Shown piece after piece: positions 39,101-51,715 of a DNA stretch of 64,000 nt. A model generated the notes under the pieces. The model ran no database searches, was not told the origin of the DNA, and was given only the letters and a program-made list of their open reading frames with translations. The position numbers and the translations under genes were made by a program. This stretch comes from Amoebophrya sp. A120 (lineage: Eukaryota; Protista; Dinoflagellata). The stretch covers positions 9,187,412-9,251,411 of the forward strand of contig CAJINV010000002.1 in assembly GCA_905178155.1 (NCBI GenBank), given 5' to 3'. How positions within the stretch are numbered: the first letter of the stretch is position 1; every line of letters starts with the position of its first letter.

Positions 39101-41160
39101 AGATGTGAGTGCCAGGATGTGGGCACCTTGCGTCCGGATGTAGGCGCCCACCTTTTCACCTTTAGCTAGCAGAAAGCCCCACGAAAAGTCAAGCGGTTTC
39201 ACATCTGGATATCTACATCGAGGCACCGGGTGCCCACATCCGGCCACTGCTACCCACATGCGGCCATCTACATCTGCGTACCGCGTGCCCACATCCGAGC
39301 ACCCGGGTACGGAGATGTGGGCAGCCGGTGCCCAGGTGTGGACGCCCAGACGTGAACCGCTTGAGCTTTCGCGTGACTTTTTTTTTCAAGTAAAAGCTCA
39401 AAAGGTGCTCACATCCGGGTATCCACATCTCCGGTCCGGGTGGCCACATCCGGGCCCCGGGTACCTTGGTCCCAGGGTACCTGGTCCAGGGTACCTGGTC
39501 CAGGGTACCTGGTCCCAGGGTACCTGGTCCCAGGGTACCTGGTTCCTACCTCTACCAGAAGAATTTACATGATATGAATACAATTGCAGAGCGTAAGAAG
39601 CACTACGCGGAGCGAACGCGCATGGCGAACAACGAGTTGCAACAGCAAACCGCTATCAAATGTAAAAATGTCTGGGTCTGGAAGAATGCAACTTTTGATG
39701 TTGCATTTGGATTCCAAAAAAATTTGTATTGCATGAGTACCAAAGGAAAGGCAATTTTTGCTACGCTGAGAAGGCATTTGTCATGCGGAATACGCATCAA
39801 GAAGCCCTCAAAAAATCTGTATTGCTAGGGGGTGCATCACCGACATCATGGCTCATGCAAAACGTGCATGACAAGTGTCAGAATCTTCCCGACCCAGACA
39901 TTTTTACAGTTGATAACCGCGACGAGAATACAACACGAACACGAGATCCGGAATGTTCTGTTGCCCAAAATCGAGCGGATTCTGCAGGAGTTCGCGGATT
40001 TTCGAAAGGAAACCGCGAAGAAGGAACAGATGCTGAACAACCGGATCAAGAAACTGCAGGAAGATTTGGACGACATGCGGGCGAAGTACCTGTTCGAAAA
40101 GCGGGAGAAGGAGCTGTATCAGCAGCGGTCCGCGGACTTCGAGTTCCAAACGCAGCAACTGACGGAGAAGAGCGGCAAGTTGGAGAAGGAAAACACCGCC
40201 ATGAAGCGCAAGATTGCACAGCTGACGAAGGAGAACCAACAACTGTTGCTTTTGACCCAGGGCATCGGCCCGCCGGTGCCCGGGGGCTACATGTGTTTGG
40301 TTTGTCAAGAGGACATCATGACGCGGAACCGGCAGGCGAAGTTACAATCCGTCGGGAACGCGGACCTGGCCCGGGTTCGGGAGAGGGAGAAGGACCAGAG
40401 CGGGAGTTCCACAGCGCGGCGGGAATCGCAATCGCCGGCAAGTCAGAGAAGAGCAGGGGCCGCGAACAACCGCAGCAGCTCTGCGGAGCCGGGACCCCTC
40501 GACGCGGGCGGTGGCAAGGTGATCAGCATGCAGGACGTGAGTCAGAGGATTTTTCAGTCCCCGTCGAAGCGCGAAAGTCCGGAGAAAAAGCAAAAGGAGG
40601 TCCAAGCCGCGCTGCGCGTAGCAACCAACTACGAAAGGAAAGTGGAAGACCGGGGAGTGACGGACTCCTCCGGAGTCGACGGGAATCTTGACTTAGGTTT
40701 TGGCGGGTCGGATGAGCCGGAACAGCAAGATCCGGCTCATGAAGACCAGCACGGGGGGACGAAAGCAGAGGAAGTCATGCGCGAGGGCGAGAGTGGGGCC
40801 GGAGATGAGACTGCGGAAAACGAGCGAAAAACCACGGGGACAGGAAATGTAGTTGACTCGCAGCATGATGGCTTTTGGGACGACGTAGTTGATGGAGGTG
40901 GAGAAAGTCTTTTACAGGGAAGCAGACCGCAAGCTGCACTGCCAGATGCACAAAACGGAAAAAGCCATCAGGTAGAAGAGAACGTCGGGACCGAAGGTGT
41001 CACAAAGCAAGCCTTCATGACGCAGCTGGAAGTTGATCCGCGGGTAGGGAATGTGGCTGGAGATACGCTTGGTCGAGACAGTGCGAATGAGCATGACAAA
41101 CGTCTCGACGGCCGCCCTGGAAGTGGAGGTCGTGACGCTCCTGCTGAAAATGACGGGTAG
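36180..41160 (+). CDS. Hypothetical coiled-coil protein, 7 exons, four junctions formed by TIR introners
   Basis: Exons 36180-36436, 36661-37186, 37465-37570, 37828-37898, 38166-38427, 39590-39653, 39921-41160 give one continuous frame (LLQFKFR-LENEVL...IQLEK-ELKQV...RKIR-RYIPN...AHNI-ERKKHY...QQTA-TRIQHE). Long heptad-rich helices and a CxxC (MCLVCQ). Confidence 0.8.
37187..37459. mobile_element. TIR introner, family A, 273 bp, reverse orientation relative to other family A copies, TSD TCCGG
   Basis: Left TATCAAATGTAAAAATGTCTGGGTCTGGAAG, right CTTCCAGACCCAGACACTTTTGCATTTCATA. TCCGG at 37182-37186 and 37460-37464. The interior matches the reverse complement of the 37899 copy. Confidence 0.95.
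37571..37822. mobile_element. TIR introner, family B-related, 252 bp, TSD GAAGG
   Basis: Left TATGACCCGCTCAGACGTTACAATCTCAACTGTTACAATAGAATCTGGA, right TCCAGATTCTATTGTAACGCTTGAGATTGTAACACCTGAGCGGGTTATA. GAAGG at 37566-37570 and 37823-37827. Shares CTCA.ACGTTACA.TCTCAACTGTTACA with the 19626 element. Confidence 0.93.
37899..38160. mobile_element. TIR introner, family A, 262 bp, TSD TCCGA
   Basis: Perfect 32-bp TIR TATCAAATGTAAAAATGTCTGGGTCTGGAAGA. TCCGA at 37894-37898 and 38161-38165. Removal gives RKIRRYIPNV. Confidence 0.96.
38494..39556. mobile_element. Non-autonomous foldback/MULE-like element, 1063 bp, 9-bp TSD AGAAGAATT, inside canonical intron 38428-39589
   Basis: AGAAGAATT at 38485-38493 and 39557-39565. 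Ends GGTACAAGGAGGAACCAGGTACCCT and AGGGTACCTGGTTCCTACCTCTACC are imperfect inverted repeats, followed by inverted arrays of about 15-16 bp GGGACCAGGTACC(C)T units. GC-rich interior with repeated GGTGCCCACATCC-like motifs and no coding capacity. Confidence 0.85.
39654..39915. mobile_element. TIR introner, family A, 262 bp, TSD ACCGC
   Basis: Left TATCAAATGTAAAAATGTCTGGGTCTGGAAGA, right TCTTCCCGACCCAGACATTTTTACAGTTGATA. ACCGC at 39649-39653 and 39916-39920. Colinear with the 37899 copy. Confidence 0.96.
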
Positions 41161-41792
41161 TGGAGAGGTTGATCAGAGAAATGTAGGAGATCAAGCTCGC
41201 TGCAAAAGAAATTTGCTGCGAGTATTGCTGTGAATCCTACGAACACGATCTGACTGCTCTTCGCAAAACGACCAAAAATCCTGCTCCGCGAAATCATTTG
41301 GTGAAATTTGTAGAGTAGAGCCCAGCTGCGCGCCTTAACTTTATTTTGTTTATGTCGATCTAATCTGTGAAATAAATTGACATTGCGTGTGATGCTTTCG
41401 ATCTTTTCAACCTCTGACCAGTAGTGCATGAATGTGTGAGCGTAGCATGCTTCAATTGCGGCCGCCATGCAGCAAGGTTACCAACTCCAGCGCGATCGTA
41501 GAAAAGCTGTGTTCTTCACCGAGCTTTTAGCACGAGCCGTTGGAAGATAGTTTGTACGAGGTTCCATGCCCGTGCACAAGTTGAAATTGATATAGGAAAA
41601 ATCACACAGCGAACAGGCGGCGCCTGACTGGCCCCATATTCGCGGCACCCCCGGCCGCTTCTGTTCCGCACTTGCGCAGGCGCCGCACAACGCTTATTAC
41701 TTAGAGTTTACTCTTGCAGTGCTCTTATTCAGTGCGCTAATATGACAAAGGCTGAGATTTTTGCTTCTAAGTAGAGGTGCCAGAAGATAAAC

Positions 41793-42479
41793 ATGCCGAT
41801 TCCGACGGTCATCTCTGGCGAGAGCCTCGCCTCCGCCCTGGAGAATCTCGTCCCAAACCTGGACGAGGATACGCGCGCTTATGCAGTTGACATGGTGTGC
41901 GAGGAGCAGCCGGAGACCGGCGAAGCATTAGCCGAATTACTAGGGCCGTTTTTGGAAGAGCACACAACGGATGAAGACGTTGATGAGCTATGCAAGCGAA
42001 TCTTTCAAAAAGTCGCATCAACGCCAACCTCCGCGTCCGCAGCACGAGTTACGGGAGACGTGAGCGCTACTACAGATATCTCCAACCTTGCAGCCGCAAA
42101 TGCAAAGAGTACCGCAGAGAACTTTTCGAAAAGCGATGCTGAGCCCGCTTCACCTGAGAACAAGCCCATCAGTTTTGCATCCCGCGGGGCGGAGATGAAA
42201 AATCTCGCCGATTTGATGAAGGTTTCCGATCTGGGCTTGAGCGATGACCCATTCTCAGCCAATCCTGGAGGAGACAGAAAAGCTTACACGGTCCAAGAGG
42301 TTGACAACTCTGCCGTGGCTAGGCGGCAAGCTAAGAGGCGCCAAAAAGCGACCGGATTAAAATTGACAGGCAGCGGTTTGACAAACTCGGATGCGAAGAT
42401 GTTTTACCAAAACCGCTTTAGTAAGCGTATGCTCGATCTCTTCCAAGAAGGAATCAAAGTCAGTCGCGCCGGCGGCTGA
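41793..42479 (+). CDS. Hypothetical protein with N-terminal helical PWI-like domain resembling the ABCF3/GCN20 N-terminus (tentative)
   Basis: 228-aa ORF with ATG. LDEDTRAYAVDMV...LAELLGPFLEE...DVDELCKRIF pattern. No Walker motifs downstream. The 3' end could be spliced. Confidence 0.55.
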   Translation: MPIPTVISGESLASALENLVPNLDEDTRAYAVDMVCEEQPETGEALAELLGPFLEEHTTDEDVDELCKRIFQKVASTPTSASAARVTGDVSATTDISNLAAANAKSTAENFSKSDAEPASPENKPISFASRGAEMKNLADLMKVSDLGLSDDPFSANPGGDRKAYTVQEVDNSAVARRQAKRRQKATGLKLTGSGLTNSDAKMFYQNRFSKRMLDLFQEGIKVSRAGG

Positions 42480-43628
42480 CACGAATTTAGCGAAAGCATC
42501 TTCCCAATGTTTTGTAAAAATGCTCCCGAGCAGGAGTAACGAGAAAAAAAAAACATTCGCGGAGTGTTGTCCCTGTTCTGATTCAAAGTTGGTGGACGTG
42601 GATCCACCATGAACCGTCGCCCTCGACACCAACAGATGTTCGTGTTTCATGGACCTTCAGAGACATCATTGTTTGAATTCAATATGGACGTCTCAAAATG
42701 TTAGCGGAACCAAACAAAAGAGCTGTTTTAGCTGCATAATCAGCTGAGCGAGAGTGGGTGCGGACCGAATCCAAAACTACATTTTCAAGTTATGATTGTT
42801 TTGAGGCCATTGCTCTTCTCAAAGTGCTAGCTTCATACACAAAGTAGCTTCAGTTACGAAGCAAAGAGGCAGCAAGATATTTTTGGAAACTGAACTCAGA
42901 GACTCAGCTAAACGGAAAAAGAGGGGATGAAAGCTCTGAATGTGAATTTCAAAAGTAAAAAGAAAACAAAAGACCAAAAATGGGACATGATGCGTCAGCG
43001 TCTGCTTTGATGTGTCCTGTAACTGTAAGCGATACATATAGGCACACTTTTTCTCACGATTTTACCCAAAGATTCATGCCCAGCTAGCATGGACAATCAC
43101 AAGAGCAAGAGCGTGCAGAAGATCACTGAGCGAGGACACTTTCTTTGATGTTGTTGTGTCTGTTCCAGCTCGGTCGTGTCTTTTTCCGCTGTAGTTTCTT
43201 TCTGTTGAAGCCATGAAGTCCGAGTCAGTTATCCGTGTCTTGTTCGGTCTGGATGTCCTTGTCGAGTGTCAATCTCTATTTATTTCCACCGAGATTCAAT
43301 GTTGCCACGCCTGTTCGTAGGATTTAAGAAATAATGGGACAAATAAAAAATGGTTGAGGAACTGTTTTTAGCTGCGATGGAAAGGATTGATTGAACGAAT
43401 AGTAGATCTAGATTCATTTGTTTTATGCTCAAACTCAAAGAGATTCAAAACTGAAATTCGTGCGTTTAGCATTCCCTGGCTCACCCTTAAGGCGATCTTC
43501 AGGTGTAGATGGGATTCCTGAATTTCTCGTCACGACGAGGACACCTCCGTGAGATATAGTCTCTGTGTGTTGCCTTTCGTTTAAGATTGAGTATAGTGCC
43601 AGCGCCAGAAGAGAAGCTCTCCAAGGCA

Positions 43629-46600
43629 ATGAGCACTGGCGACGGCAGCGCTGCGGGGCTAAACGCAGCCCTGCCACCCAGGAACGAGTGGATCGATGTG
43701 GGCAAGCTCAAGGACACAAAACACATCAACTATGGCTATCAGCGCGTCAAGACCGCAAGCGGGGGAATGGCGTGGCGTAAGTTCACATCGAATGCCATTG
43801 CCTACCATGAAAAGCGTGGCACAGGGAACTGCTATGGCCTTGTTGCAGTGGACTCCCGGCATCAAGCGCCGGTCGCGATTGGCGAGACCAAGGCAGTGGA
43901 AACAGCGAAGCTGCTGCAGACTCGGCTCCACACAGCTGGAACGAAGACAAACAGCGAAAGAAGAGAGCTAGCATCGCAGGCTCAAAAGTATCAATGTCAG
44001 TTACAGCAGCTCCAGCGGGCTTACGCTTCAGCATCGGCGTCGTCTTCCTCCTCCTCGTCGTCGACGCTTTGTCGCTCCCTGCAGGTCTCTCATCGCAACA
44101 TTCATGCAGATGCGCTCGAAGTGTCGGCCATTTCTTCTTCGGCCTTCTCAGCAAGAGCACCAAGTGGCGAAAAGCCGCCGTCGTGGGCGATCGAGGACGG
44201 GTTAAATTCATCTGCTGCTTGCGCTGACCGCGCAGCAAAAACGATGCCACATGCCCATGCGGCTCTCTCGGCGGAAGATCTCGTTTTGCCGGGGAATGTG
44301 CCAGCACCGACGAGCAATGACATCCCGGATGACGTTCATATCATCGAGCTCATCGAAATAGTATGCCGTGTCAAGAAGTTTTTTTCCTCGCAACAGTTGC
44401 TGCTTTCAGATAAGCGGAATGAAAATGACAGGCACTGTGTGTAGTTTTATGTGCCCATCCAAGGTTGGACTTGGATAGCATTTCTGTTTGCACTGACTTG
44501 TATGACTTTCAGCGCCCTTTTTTTATAAATTTAGATCATTGAATGCAGCGTGCATAGCTTCGAGGTATAAAAGAACAAGCCGACGGAAAGAAAACGACTG
44601 CACAGGGATAAGTGAGTCAAGACATCGATCTAGAAACCCACCTCTTGCCTCCTAAATTTGCCGCGAAGCTTCACAAGCCGCACAGGTCCCACAAGGGATT
44701 GCTGAAATCGTTAAAATGGTACAGAGGCAGTCACAGTGCGACACAGACATTCGCGAATGTCTGCAATCCATCCGGTATCACTTGCGTGTGTCTTGTTTTT
44801 TGAGAGGATTTTTTTTTTCTTTGATCGTGCTGTTGTAGGAGAATGAATGAAGCGAACACCCAAATATTCATTTCTTGGATCCCATTTATTCTTTGACATG
44901 TGAATTTCTTGGAGCCCATCATCTACGAGCACGAAAAACATTCCCACCTACGATACCGATACGTAGTTTCTTTGAAAACATAAACAGCAACGAATGTTGG
45001 TCCTTTTTCATAATAAAACAGCACACAACCAGCCAGAATCGCCATGGTTGTGCAGAAGTTTTTCCGAGATACGCAACTACTTCGATCGAGAACGAGACCT
45101 ACTTGCTGCGGCTGCCCGTGCAAATTCAGGGGAGAGCGAACTGTCGCGCGAGGATATTTTGTTCAACGAGATTTTTACCTATTTCAAAGAGAGGGCCGTC
45201 TTGGTGTGGTTGTTACGACGAATTCGAGATGCAGAGCAGGGCAGCGCCAGAAACAGTAACGCTGCTGCGGGTAACGTGAATGCAAATCTTCAGTCGACAA
45301 GCTCTAGTACAAGGACGCTGCTCGAGAACGGCCACGCCATGCGACTGTTGGGCGAAAAAGGAGCAGAACGCTTAGACAAGCAACGCGCACCAGCTGCTCG
45401 TCTGGCGATACTGGATTCGGAGATCAAGACTGGAAGCACCAGAAGCAACCATCACAACAATGCACAAGTTACCTGCGGCGCTGCCGAACCGGAACCAGCA
45501 GCGGGAGCAGGTTTTGCACAAGTAAAGAAACACCAAGAGCCGGACTCGCCACGACTATTAGACGACCGCTCCAAGATCATGATCAAGAAAGAACAGGAAA
45601 ACCCTGGCAACGACCCATCCGCGTCCCTGTCCAGGCAGGGCGGTTCCAGTCAGCACCAGCCAGCAGCGAATCCTGGTCCTGATTTTGAAAAAAGCGGAAA
45701 AACTAGCATCAAGCAAGAGAAAAGATCATCGGCGTCACCCATGGTTAGCGAAACTCCTATTTTGAAAGCTGAGTCTCTTGATTCTCCCGACGTTCAATTC
45801 AAGGCAGAAGTGCCCCCTCCTGAAAACGTGACGATTGAAAGATCCATCAAGCGGGACCCAGAGCTGATCACCACGAGTTCGGCCGGAGAGCGAGAGAAGT
45901 GCGCTTCCACGACCCGAATCAAGTGCGCGCCCACCTCACCCGGGGCCGCTGGTCGTCGCTGCAGCCGGGTCAACTGCGAGCCTGAATGCACGAGCAAGCG
46001 CGATCCTGTGCGCATTAAGAAAGAGCCCACTTCACCAACGTCGCCGGAATCACCCCGGTTTCGGGTCAAGCAAGGTCTCATCTTCCCCAATACTTGCGAG
46101 GAGGCAGGAACATTGCGCGCCAAGAAGGAGCAGCACTCGCCTTCCACTAAAACGCAGTCAGAACGTATCGGCTTTTTGGGTCGTCCACTGCAACAAGTAA
46201 AGCGGGAAGCTGCACCCGTTTCCGTGAATAGGTCTGCGAACAATGCGACATGCGAAACACAACAAAACGCAGGGGGGCATTTGGTTGGTGACGAGAAAAG
46301 CAAAAAAAAGCAAACAGCTTCGTCGCTTGCCTCCTGCGCGACCGCAGCTAAGCGTGAACGTCCACTGGAAACCGAGCACGAAGATACCAGCAGCGATCAT
46401 GGCGCTTCAACTTTTCATCTTCCAGCGAAGGTAGTAGAAGGGAGAAAGATCATAGCTTGCCGTCAGCTGAGCAACATGGCTGAGCCAAGACCCCGCAGCT
46501 TTTCCAAGGTAGCAGATAAGGCCCAAGAAAAACAAGCCGATCAGCGGCTCACCTCCTGCATCCAAGACACCACCCACCCACCCGCCAAGGTCTTGCTGAA

Positions 46601-49600
46601 AAGCGAAAACTATCCGGAGGTGAGCGGATGGTATTTCCTGACGCATACCGTGACGCAGGTCGGGGGCCTGATCTACCCGATGTACAAATCGGAGCTTGCC
46701 ACTGGCAGGCCGGTTTTCACGCTCGGCGCAACGCAACCCGGACGCGACAACGTAGCCGGAGTGGACCTGGTGCAGTGGGGGATTTGTGGGCCACTCGGCA
46801 CGAAAACGCTGTATCCAAAGAGACAGAACCTCTCGTCCAAGAAGTTGCAAAATCACCAGAATAAGCATGCAGATGAGCACATGCACAAAAAACAAAAAGG
46901 TCAGCGCCGGCACCGAGAGTTGCACTCCCCCGCCGACAACAATTCCTTTTTTCATGCAGGTGACGGAAAAAAATAAGCCACGCAGGCTTCTACAAGCTGT
47001 ATCTATGTATCATTAGCGCTTTTGGATGAAGTTGGTTTGTCTCCTCCTCCTGGATAATGTAGAGGGCCGCTGTAATGCGCGGGCCGGGTCCGTGTCGCCC
47101 GCTCATCTTGTCACAATGGCGTGGACTTGGTCTATAAAAGAGGACAGCCAGGTAGTGACCGACAGCTACGCATGTGTCGTGGGCGTTTCGTTTCCCACTG
47201 CTCTCGACATTTCAACGTTTCGCGTTTTTGATCACCCCAAACCGACGGTCATCGCTCCGGGACATCAAGGAAAAGTGGAAATTCCACCGGCGGTCGCGGA
47301 TCAAGGAATTGGCATGCCGAAGGGACTTTTGTCAGCGTTTCTGAAGAAACAAGGCAAGTGACTTTTCGTGCGTTTTTTTGGTGCTCGTATTCTTGATGAT
47401 AGTTAAGAGAAGGGCTTGCGCATCGTTTACAAAATCAAACGGAAATGCATACTTATCACCAGGTGCCTGCTGCCGCAGATTTTTCGAAGACGCGTACCAG
47501 AACCGTTTTCATCGCGCAAGGCCGGCAGTGACCACAGGCGCTTCCTGCTGCCTCTGCTGCGCATTCTTTCGGAGCACGAATACGAAAATTGCGGCGCATG
47601 GCGATCTGCACCGGGCCTGCTTCGGAAATTCCGGAAAGATGCCCCAGGGTATGCACTGCTACAATTTCCTCGATGTGGAAGAAGTGGAGGCTGCTGAGAA
47701 CTTTCTGGACGCCGAGTACACGAGGATGCGGCTGCAGACTGGCGTTGAAGCAGGTGAACAGGACAAGCAAAAAAAGCAGTCCGCCCTGTCAGTGTACCAG
47801 GAGTTTTTGGCGAGATTGGAGTACGAGGAGCACTGTCTTGGCGAACAGTCGAACTCAAGTCACTGCTCGACAACAAGTAGCAAAGGGTTTCCAGTGCCTT
47901 TCAAGATCGAACCAGCCTTCTTACCATATCCAGACTGAAAGTGATCGTTTGCCTGTGCCAGCGTAGCCAACTGTTCCACGAGAGAACTACGTGTATTGTC
48001 AGCCCCCATGATCATGTGGAAAAATAGAAGATGCACTTGGAAGGATCGCTGCGCTCTCATTCCTGTTTGAGCTGCTGTTGTAACGCCTCGTGAGAAGGCA
48101 GGGTGTGGGTACTTGAAAAGTTGCGACGCGTTGGCAAGCGCGCTAGGATATTTTCCAAGTTCCATACTATTGGTTGCGGATCTGGAGCGGCCTTCCCGCC
48201 AACGCTTGGCGCTCTGCGGAGAGCGTTCGAGAAGGACTTGGGAAAACGGTTCGCGCGAAGCAGGGAGTGCTCATCCGGTAAATGAGGTGCTGATCCAGCG
48301 AGGGAATCGCTCAGCATATCTTCGCCAATCTATTTCTTTGTGTTGACATGTATGAAAAGAACAAGCAATAATTTAATGGACTGGACAATGTCGACGAATT
48401 TTTATTTTTCAAATGACCAGATTCTTCGCCGTTCTCCAGCACGGACAGTGCCAATGATTCTTCTCCATCCTCGGAGAGCGATGTCGCGTGGTCGCCCAGC
48501 GTACCCCTGCCGCGACCCCTGCCTCATGCTATTCCGCACCTTCGCAGTCGCGGCAAACCCATCCGTCCAGATGTTCGGGTATTTTGTGCGTTTTGGTGTA
48601 CGTAGTTGTAGATGCGTTGATGGAGTTTGGGTCACAATTACTTCACCACCAGGTTTGATAAGCTACTTCGCTCTTTCTATAAATGTTGGCAGATTTTTTG
48701 TTGCCTTTTGGGATTTGCCAAGTCCCCGCTCGTAGAAATGAATAAGAAGACCAAGAACTATTGATTACTACCCCACGTCAGGGAATCACTTACGTGCCCG
48801 GCTGGAAGTACATGAAGTTGTTCTTGCTGGAGAAGGCGCGCTCAAAGGATAAGCTTGAGGATGAACACGCACGAAGAGGGTTGGTGAGCTACGAGGACCA
48901 AGATAATGTCTACGTTTTGAAGAAGAAAGTGTTCGGCACGCGTAAGGTCCCAGTACCATCAAAGGACCCAGCGGAATACGATTGCTGGCGTGTGCAGTTT
49001 AAGCACAGGGAAGTGGGAAAGAAGACAACGCGGAGGATGAAGCGGTATGAAATATGAATAGAAAAAAGACAAATAGTTCGATTTACGTCGCATATTTGCA
49101 TAAGGGACATGATCGAAGTGTGCATTTGATGAATGTTTAGCCCTTTCTCCCAAGAATACATGCTCATGAACAGCAAGATAGTGCTAGAGGAATAAAAACA
49201 AAAGGTTTTTTTTCGTCGCGCCGAAGTTCCGCAAGCTTCGTGCTGAAGCCTCGGAAAAGGGACTTCCAGTACCGACCCGGCGCGAGGCAAAAGCAGCTGC
49301 GTTAGAGGACGCAAAGCGTATCATAAATATTTGTTCTACAATGGTTTGTCCGATGCGTCGGTGTCGGAGAAGGAGCCTGTCATCCATGTGATTGATGCTC
49401 ATCGGGTGAACGGTAGTACTGTCATGGCGAACACGAGTGACAGCCAATGAAAAGTAAGACATTCTTGTTGGGAAGCTTCAGAAGTAAACGTGTCAAAACG
49501 GGCATTATGTTCGTGTTCAACATTTTCGCATGAATTATACACCACAGTATTTCGGCGGTTGTCTCTCAACGTTGCGGGGGCGTTGCAACCGGGAATTGGA

Positions 49601-50368
49601 AAGTTCGCGGGAGGAAAAAAATCTAACACCGGCGTGCTCGGGGTTTCCCAGTTGTCGGCACAAAATAAAAGGACACGGGACAGGGGCGCACTGAGAGGAC
49701 AGTTACAACTTTTTAGCAAGAAGATACTACAAAGGTACAAAGCGAACATGAAGGCCAAAACCCCGATGAAAGTGTGGTCAAAGAAACGACAATGCCGGAG
49801 CAGAGCGCGTAAACCCGGCTTGGTTCAGGTACGCATATCTGCTGTTGCGATATTACTGTTACTTTTTACACGTACCGTAATACGACCTGCAAGAACGTGA
49901 TGGCATAATGTAAGGGTCGAAGCTTTATTTTGCTGCACATATGCAGGAGCATTTTGGACAGTTTTAGTTTTTCTTTTGAAATATCAGTTTTTGTCGGCCT
50001 GGCGGACAGCGAAAGCCGCGCGCGTCGACCACCCGGCTGCCCCGGTACGAATGCAACGTCATATCAAGAAGACCACCAACGACCCGCTCCGCAAGAAAAT
50101 CGTGGCCCAGGGGAAAACGGTTTTCGATTTCCGGAAAGTGGCGAAGAAGCTGCTGAAACCCCGGCGGGCAGCAATGGCTACCAAGAAGTCGGAGTTGTTC
50201 GTGCCGAGTTCTTCCACCCGCAGGAAGGCGGAGGCTGCAGCTGGGTCTGTGCCGCATGTCCGACCAGCCCACCAGCCCACCATGGATCCACGTGAGTTTC
50301 GATTCGTCGGACCAACAACCAAACTCCCGAAGACGCGGGACATGTCGAAGGGGTTCCGACGCCCCTGA
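43629..50368 (+). CDS. Probable multi-exon gene (or two adjacent genes): disordered IKxE-rich middle, Cys-rich segment and C-terminal AP2-like segment
   Basis: Successive + strand ORFs 43587..44444, 44994..46976, 47026..47361, 47378..47938, 48761..49057 and 49976..50368 separated by AT-rich gaps. GT-AG intron 49045-49204 yields GITYVPGW...CWRVQFKHREVGKKTTRRMKRFFFVAPKF...EAKAAALEDAKR. The full exon structure is not resolved. Confidence 0.45.
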
Positions 50369-51686
50369 AATCAGATAGTAGCTGTAGTTTCATTTTCTGA
50401 CATTCCTATCTACACTATTTCTCCAGGAAGCCCTCGCACTTCTGATTCACGCTGCTGTATGAACAACGTTAATTGTCCGCAACTTCTACAAGTCGCAGGG
50501 AGGTACTACGGTATTTTCCAGAGATAAGCACAAGTGTGGAGTTCGACTGCAAAGAACGCGCCGAAATGTTTTTTAGGAAAATAGAGCGCTGCAGGTAGAT
50601 CTACTACAGGATGTTTCTTTCATATGCCACCGTACGTAGAGCTAGTAGACTCTCGGTCATCGAAACGTCAATTAATTTTGCGAAAGTGATGAAATATTCT
50701 TGAAAAGCGTGCACGACGTTAGGTTTTGCGCCTCTCAGCCTTGTGCTAAGATTATACGAGAGTTTCGTGGCGAAAATCGTGTCAAACAAAACCGCGACTG
50801 TTTCCTATGTATTGGATCTGGCACACTGGTGGACCAGTCGAAGCCCCTCGCTTCACTAGGATCCATTTCTCCTTTTGACATACTATGTACATAATCCTGC
50901 TCTCTGATGATAGATAACTAAGGTCACTGTCTTATTTCCATCCTTGATCCTTCGCCGCAGTTTTTTGTCGAGGTAAAACATTGCTCACACACTCAAAGGG
51001 GTTGCGTCGACATCTAACTCGAAGTTTCACAATGGGTGCGACTTTGACACGGTTGTTTTATTAATAGCGCCACTCTCTACTTGTGCTTTCTCCTCTGCGT
51101 AAGTATGACGTGAAGAGTTCACGTTTTCCTTATTCCTTTCGACGTGATGCATACCGAAGACGCAGAAGGTGTGCTCGCTCTGCTATGCTATCCAGAATGA
51201 TGAGCAGCGAATCATTGTAAGCGGTTTGAGTTTCGCTTCGTTATATCGTTTCTGCTTTTAGTGACAGCTCACTATCTTCGAGTGCCCATTGCAATGCTCG
51301 ATCCGTTTTTTCCGAAGAACATACACCGACCGGTCTTTCTCACCTTCACTTGGAAGTGAGCCCATGCAGCTGCACTTACAAACTTCGTTTATGTTTTCTC
51401 GGATAAGTGGCCCTGCGTCGTGTGGTTTCATAGCCTGTTGTCGATAGATATTTCCCTGTCAAATATTGAGTCGCAGAGGATCACAGCAGGAGCAGCAGCA
51501 GTATTACATACGAGCTACCTGTTCAACCGGGCCATAGTTTCGTGATATTCCGGCCTAACTGGAACTTCACATATTTTTTTTATCTATTAATCCTTTCGGA
51601 AACGCAATGATTTTTCACATTTTCACTTTTTAACTTCCCTTCTCGCCTTCGAACGCCTTCTCCTGCTGCACAAGTTCGATCCGGAA

Positions 51687-51715
51687 AGGGTTTAGTTTAG
51701 GTTTCAGGGTTTAGG
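51687..51715 (+). repeat. Short degenerate interstitial telomere-like (TTTAGGG) tract
   Basis: AGGGTTTAGTTTAGGTTTCAGGGTTTAGG, within a segment bracketed by near-identical CACTTTT(T)AACTTCCCTTC repeats at 51624-51642 and 51717-51734. Confidence 0.5.

Noticed and set aside
38437-39583. Overlapping ORFs with repeated peptides (VPGTRYPGPG, GYLVPG, DQVPW)
   Set aside because: They are translations of the GC-rich tandem and inverted repeats of the foldback element, open in several frames on both strands, and lie inside a GT-AG intron.
36180-41160. Interpretation of element-interrupted genes as pseudogenes
   Set aside because: Exons have no stops or frameshifts other than the elements, and every removal restores the frame exactly. 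Transcript data are still needed for proof.
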